Below are positions 60,679 to 64,000 of a DNA stretch of 64,000 nt, piece after piece (the stretch's first letter is position 1; every line of letters starts with the position of its first letter). The notes below the pieces were generated by a model. That model had not been told where the DNA came from, searched no databases, and saw only the letters and a list, made by a program, of their open reading frames with translations. Made by a program: the position numbers and the translations under genes. The DNA comes from Thalia democratica. Lineage: Eukaryota. The DNA is taken from positions 41,850,001 to 41,914,000 of the forward strand of contig OZ241831.1 of the NCBI GenBank assembly GCA_965202585.1, written 5' to 3'.

Positions 60679-61810
60679 AGTACTTGAATAAATTTAAAGA
60701 AAATGAAATGTATTCTGTTATATATTTTTAGTAAGTTATGCACCGGAAAAAAGCTGTTCAAACTTTAGTAATTGAAGATACTTTATCTAATCTTTTTTTT
60801 TACCAATTCTCATTTATTGAAATAAAATATTATAGAGTTAACTACTTATTTATTTTTAAACAATTAGTATATATGCATAAATACAAAGTTAAACTTTTAA
60901 GAGTAACTTCAAAAACCTGCAGCTAATTTGCATATTTTTTAAGCTTGCATTTTTCTTTTCCTGTAATTTTTTTGATTTATTTATGTTTGGGTAAGACGGG
61001 TTAGGGGTATGGATATATATAAAAAAAGCTTTATAAAAATATATCTATGCAAGCTCAGTAAATATACAAATTATTTGCAAGTTTTTAAACTACCCCTTAC
61101 GAAAATTTTCATCATAGATATCCATAGTTTTTAAAAAATTGAATGGAGTAAAGATTAGAAAAATAACTAAGTTATAGCTTTTTTGCTTTAAAAAAATAAG
61201 TTAAACTTAAAACTAACTTTTAAATATTTATATAAATCATTTTATGGTTAAGTAAAAATCGTAACTCACTGTTGTAACTGCTAGGAAAACAACAATTTTC
61301 ATTTTGCTGTCCTATAAACAAGTTTTAAAATTTATGCAAGCTTTTAATTACAATGTACACCTTTATTTTTGTGAAAATTAAAAAAAAAGTGCAATTTAGA
61401 TAGATAAACTTATTGTATAAATTACAAAAAATTTGTATCAAAAAATCAGTAAAATATAAACAGCTAATTTTTCGTATTTAAACAACTTTAATCGATTTTA
61501 CTAAGTTAAAAACAAACAAATTTGTATTGAACAACTATAGTTTTACAATAAAGGTATTTATTACCTAAAAGAGTAAATTTGTTAAAGCAAATATGTGTAT
61601 AAATAAAGCGTAATGAACATGTTTTTTATTTAACTAGTTTTTAATAAATGACAAGTATGTTTTACACAAGCTTAAACTCAGCATAAACTAAGCATAAACA
61701 CACCAACTTTAACTATTTAAACATTGATATATGCAAGGATTATTCCTTGGGCACAAGAGGTCTCGACAATTTTAGTTTTGGAGACAAAGTTAATTTTTTA
61801 AATTTATTTA

Positions 61811-61860
61811 TTTACAAAGGCTACAATGTTTCTCCCCTAAGGGATCTTCAGGCCTGTAAA
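61811..61860 (-). ncRNA. Minimal type I hammerhead ribozyme of the PLE
   Basis: Minus strand reads TTTACAGGC-CTGAAGA-TCCC(TTAG)GGGA-GAAA-C(ATT)G-TA^GCCTTTGTAAA. It has the CUGANGA and GAAA cores, a 4-bp stem II, a minimal stem III, a GUA cleavage triplet, and stem I (TTTACA-GGC with GCC-tt-TGTAAA). Confidence 0.85.
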
Positions 61861-62753
61861 ATAAAATAAACATAAACGATGGACAACCTTAAGAAAATAC
61901 AATAATGCAAAAAATTATAAATGAATTCAAATTAAAATTAAAACTAAAAATGTATAGTGCTATTACTAGAGAATTACTTAACAAAATTAAAAGTTTTATA
62001 ATAATGAAAAAGACTTTTTTAAACTTTTATATATGCTTTATACTTACAATAGATGATTTGTTTTATATAGGTTTGGATTTAGCTTAAAAACACAAAACAA
62101 AATGGCGCTTAACAAATGAGGGTACAAGTAATAACAAAAGTAGAACTAAGTGATAAAAGAATTAATACGCTAAGTTTTAAAATAAAATTTCCTAAAGTGC
62201 GGGCAGGTGTAGAAGAGCTCTTGTCTTTTGTTTAGAATTCGTTTCTTATTAGCAAGTGCTATTTCTATTTTTTCCAAATTGCAAGTCTTACAGATTTTAC
62301 CTATATTCTTCATTTCCCTGATCTTGTGCATTATGCTCCATTTTAAATCGTAGCTGGTGTTATTGTTTTTTAAACTCCAAATGTACTTGGAAAGCTCTGT
62401 TCCCTTGTTATTTTCATTCTTAATATCGCTAATGTGCGCATACCATCTCTTTTTGAATTGGTTTCCTGTTGATCCTATGTATTCTTTTGTTTCGATCTGA
62501 CTGGTTATCGTCGCCTTATAAACAACATTCTCCTGCAAACATTTGCCACTTAAGGGGCAGGAGCCTTTGTCGCGGCAGTTGCACGTTTTTTCCTCTTGGT
62601 TGTTCTTATGATTCAGTTTGTTTAGTATCTTCCTATTGTGGGTATTTATTAGTGATTTGACATTATCCATACAACAGTATGATATTTTGCAATTACTTCT
62701 GTTGAAGATCTTTTTCATGCTCTCTGTTGTGAAATGTTTGTCAATTAGGTCTA
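61811..62753 (-). mobile_element. Penelope-like element (Naiad-type), 5'-truncated inverted copy: GIY-YIG endonuclease, 3' region and hammerhead
   Basis: ORF 62170-62718 contains CNC....CPL.GKCL, VVYKA, EYIGST...FKKRW..H, TELSKYIWSLK, CKTCNLEK, LNKRQEL...CPH, the Cys-rich GIY-YIG pattern of Naiad PLEs. The element may extend to about 61730. Confidence 0.9.
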
Positions 62754-62754
62754 G

Positions 62755-64000
62755 TACCTCGCAAACAATTGCTATATGCCATATAGAAAAGAAAACTCCT
62801 CAATCAGATATATCAGTAGTGACTCCAACCACCCGAAGATAATCAAGAAAAACTTACCCAAAATGATTGAGAAAAGACTAAATAGATTGACCACAGACCT
62901 AAGAACCTTTGATAATGCAAAACATAGCTACCAAATTGCACTGCTCCAATCCAACTTCAAACACAAGCTTGAATATGAAAACAAAACCAACCCTGTCGAC
63001 AAGAAGAAACGTAAACGAACAAGAAAAATTATGTATTTTAATCCCCCATACTGCCAGTCAGTAAAAACCAACATTGGGGGGAGATTTTTAGACCTAATTG
63101 ACAAACATTTCACAACAGAGAGCATGAAAAAGATCTTCAACAGAAGTAATTGCAAAATATCATACTGTTGTATGGATAATGTCAAATCACTAATAAATAC
63201 CCACAATAGGAAGATACTACACAAACTGAATCATAAGAACAACCAAGAGGAAAAAACGTGCAACTGCCGCGACAAAGGCTCCTGCCCCTTAAGTGGCAAA
63301 TGTTTGTAGGAGAATGTTGTTTATAAGGCGACGATAACCAGTCAGATCGAAACAAAAGAATACATAGGATCAACAGGAAACCAATTCAAAAAGAGATGGT
63401 ATGCGCACATTAGCGATATTAAGAATGAAAATAACAAGGGAACAGAGCTTTCCAAGTACATTTGGAGTTTAAAAAACAATAACACCAGCTACGATTTAAA
63501 ATGGAGCATAATGCACAAGATCAGGGAAATGAAGAATATAGGTAAAATCTGTAAGACTTGCAATTTGGAAAAAATAGAAATAGCACTTGCTAATAAGAAA
63601 CGAATTCTAAACAAAAGACAAGAGCTCTTCTACACCTGCCCGCACTTTAGGAAATTTTATTTTAAAACTTAGCGTATTAATTCTTTTATCACTTAGTTCT
63701 ACTTTTGTTATTACTTGTACCCTCATTTGTTAAGCGCCATTTTGTTTTGTGTTTTTAAGCTAAATCCAAACCTATATAAAACAAATCATCTATTGTAAGT
63801 ATAAAGCATATTTAAAAGTTTAAAAAAGTCTTTTTAATTATTATAAAACTTTTAATTTTGTTAAGTAATTCTCTAGTAATAGCACTATACATTTTTAATT
63901 TTAATTTTAATTTGAATTCATTTATAATTTTTTGCATTATTGTATTTTCTTAAGTTTGTCCATCGTCTTATGTTTATTTTATTTTACAGGCCTGAAGATC
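62755..64000 (+). mobile_element. Penelope-like element (Naiad-type), 5'-truncated forward copy: RT C-terminus/thumb plus GIY-YIG, with a premature stop
   Basis: YMPYRKENSSIRYISSDSNHPKIIKKNLP (PLE thumb, SNHP motif), YFNPPY, then the same endonuclease. CAG>TAG at 63307-63309; natural stop at 63670-63672. Positions 63089-64000 are the reverse complement of 61843-62753. It runs off the window inside the ribozyme core (..AGGCCTGAAGATC). Confidence 0.9.

Noticed and set aside
60880-61311. Candidate 5' exons of the PR-SENP-like gene (61311-61270, about 60960-60917)
   Set aside because: Several incompatible phase solutions and no homology anchor; left outside the called CDS.
63307-63309. In-frame stop in the Naiad ORF as possible recoding (some Naiads use selenocysteine)
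   Set aside because: The stop is TAG, not TGA, and the sister arm has CAG (Gln) at this position, so it is a simple C>T mutation.

Overview
Very AT-rich invertebrate (metazoan) genomic DNA; the species cannot be determined from the sequence. (1) + strand 7277-37010: a complete 42-exon Mediator subunit MED12 gene. I spliced it by hand with all GT-AG junctions in consistent phase, giving 6621 nt (about 2206 aa). (2) - strand, about 59210 down to 40621: a gene mostly invisible in the ORF track, hand-assembled from 31 exons (a few tentative) into at least 1195 aa. It encodes a PRDM-type PR/SET domain, an acidic 7-aa coding minisatellite and two tandem Ulp1/SENP (peptidase C48)-like domains, with no C2H2 fingers found. 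Both domain types appear to have lost a key catalytic residue. This is the best novelty candidate. (3) The right end holds two Penelope-like retroelements: a Naiad-type GIY-YIG element arranged as a head-to-head palindrome with a complete minimal hammerhead ribozyme, and a Penelope/Poseidon-type fragment bracketed by a 58-bp inverted duplication. (4) Introns carry several MITE families, including one with 6-bp target duplications, plus a Tc1/mariner relic, minisatellites and hairpins. Possible genome-level oddities: 5' splice sites dominated by GTT/GTTTG, A-rich or AAG acceptors, and extreme exon-to-exon GC3 mosaicism. No tRNA, rRNA or CRISPR array was seen. Reference sequences (human MED12, SENP1, PRDM9) are recalled from memory, not searched.
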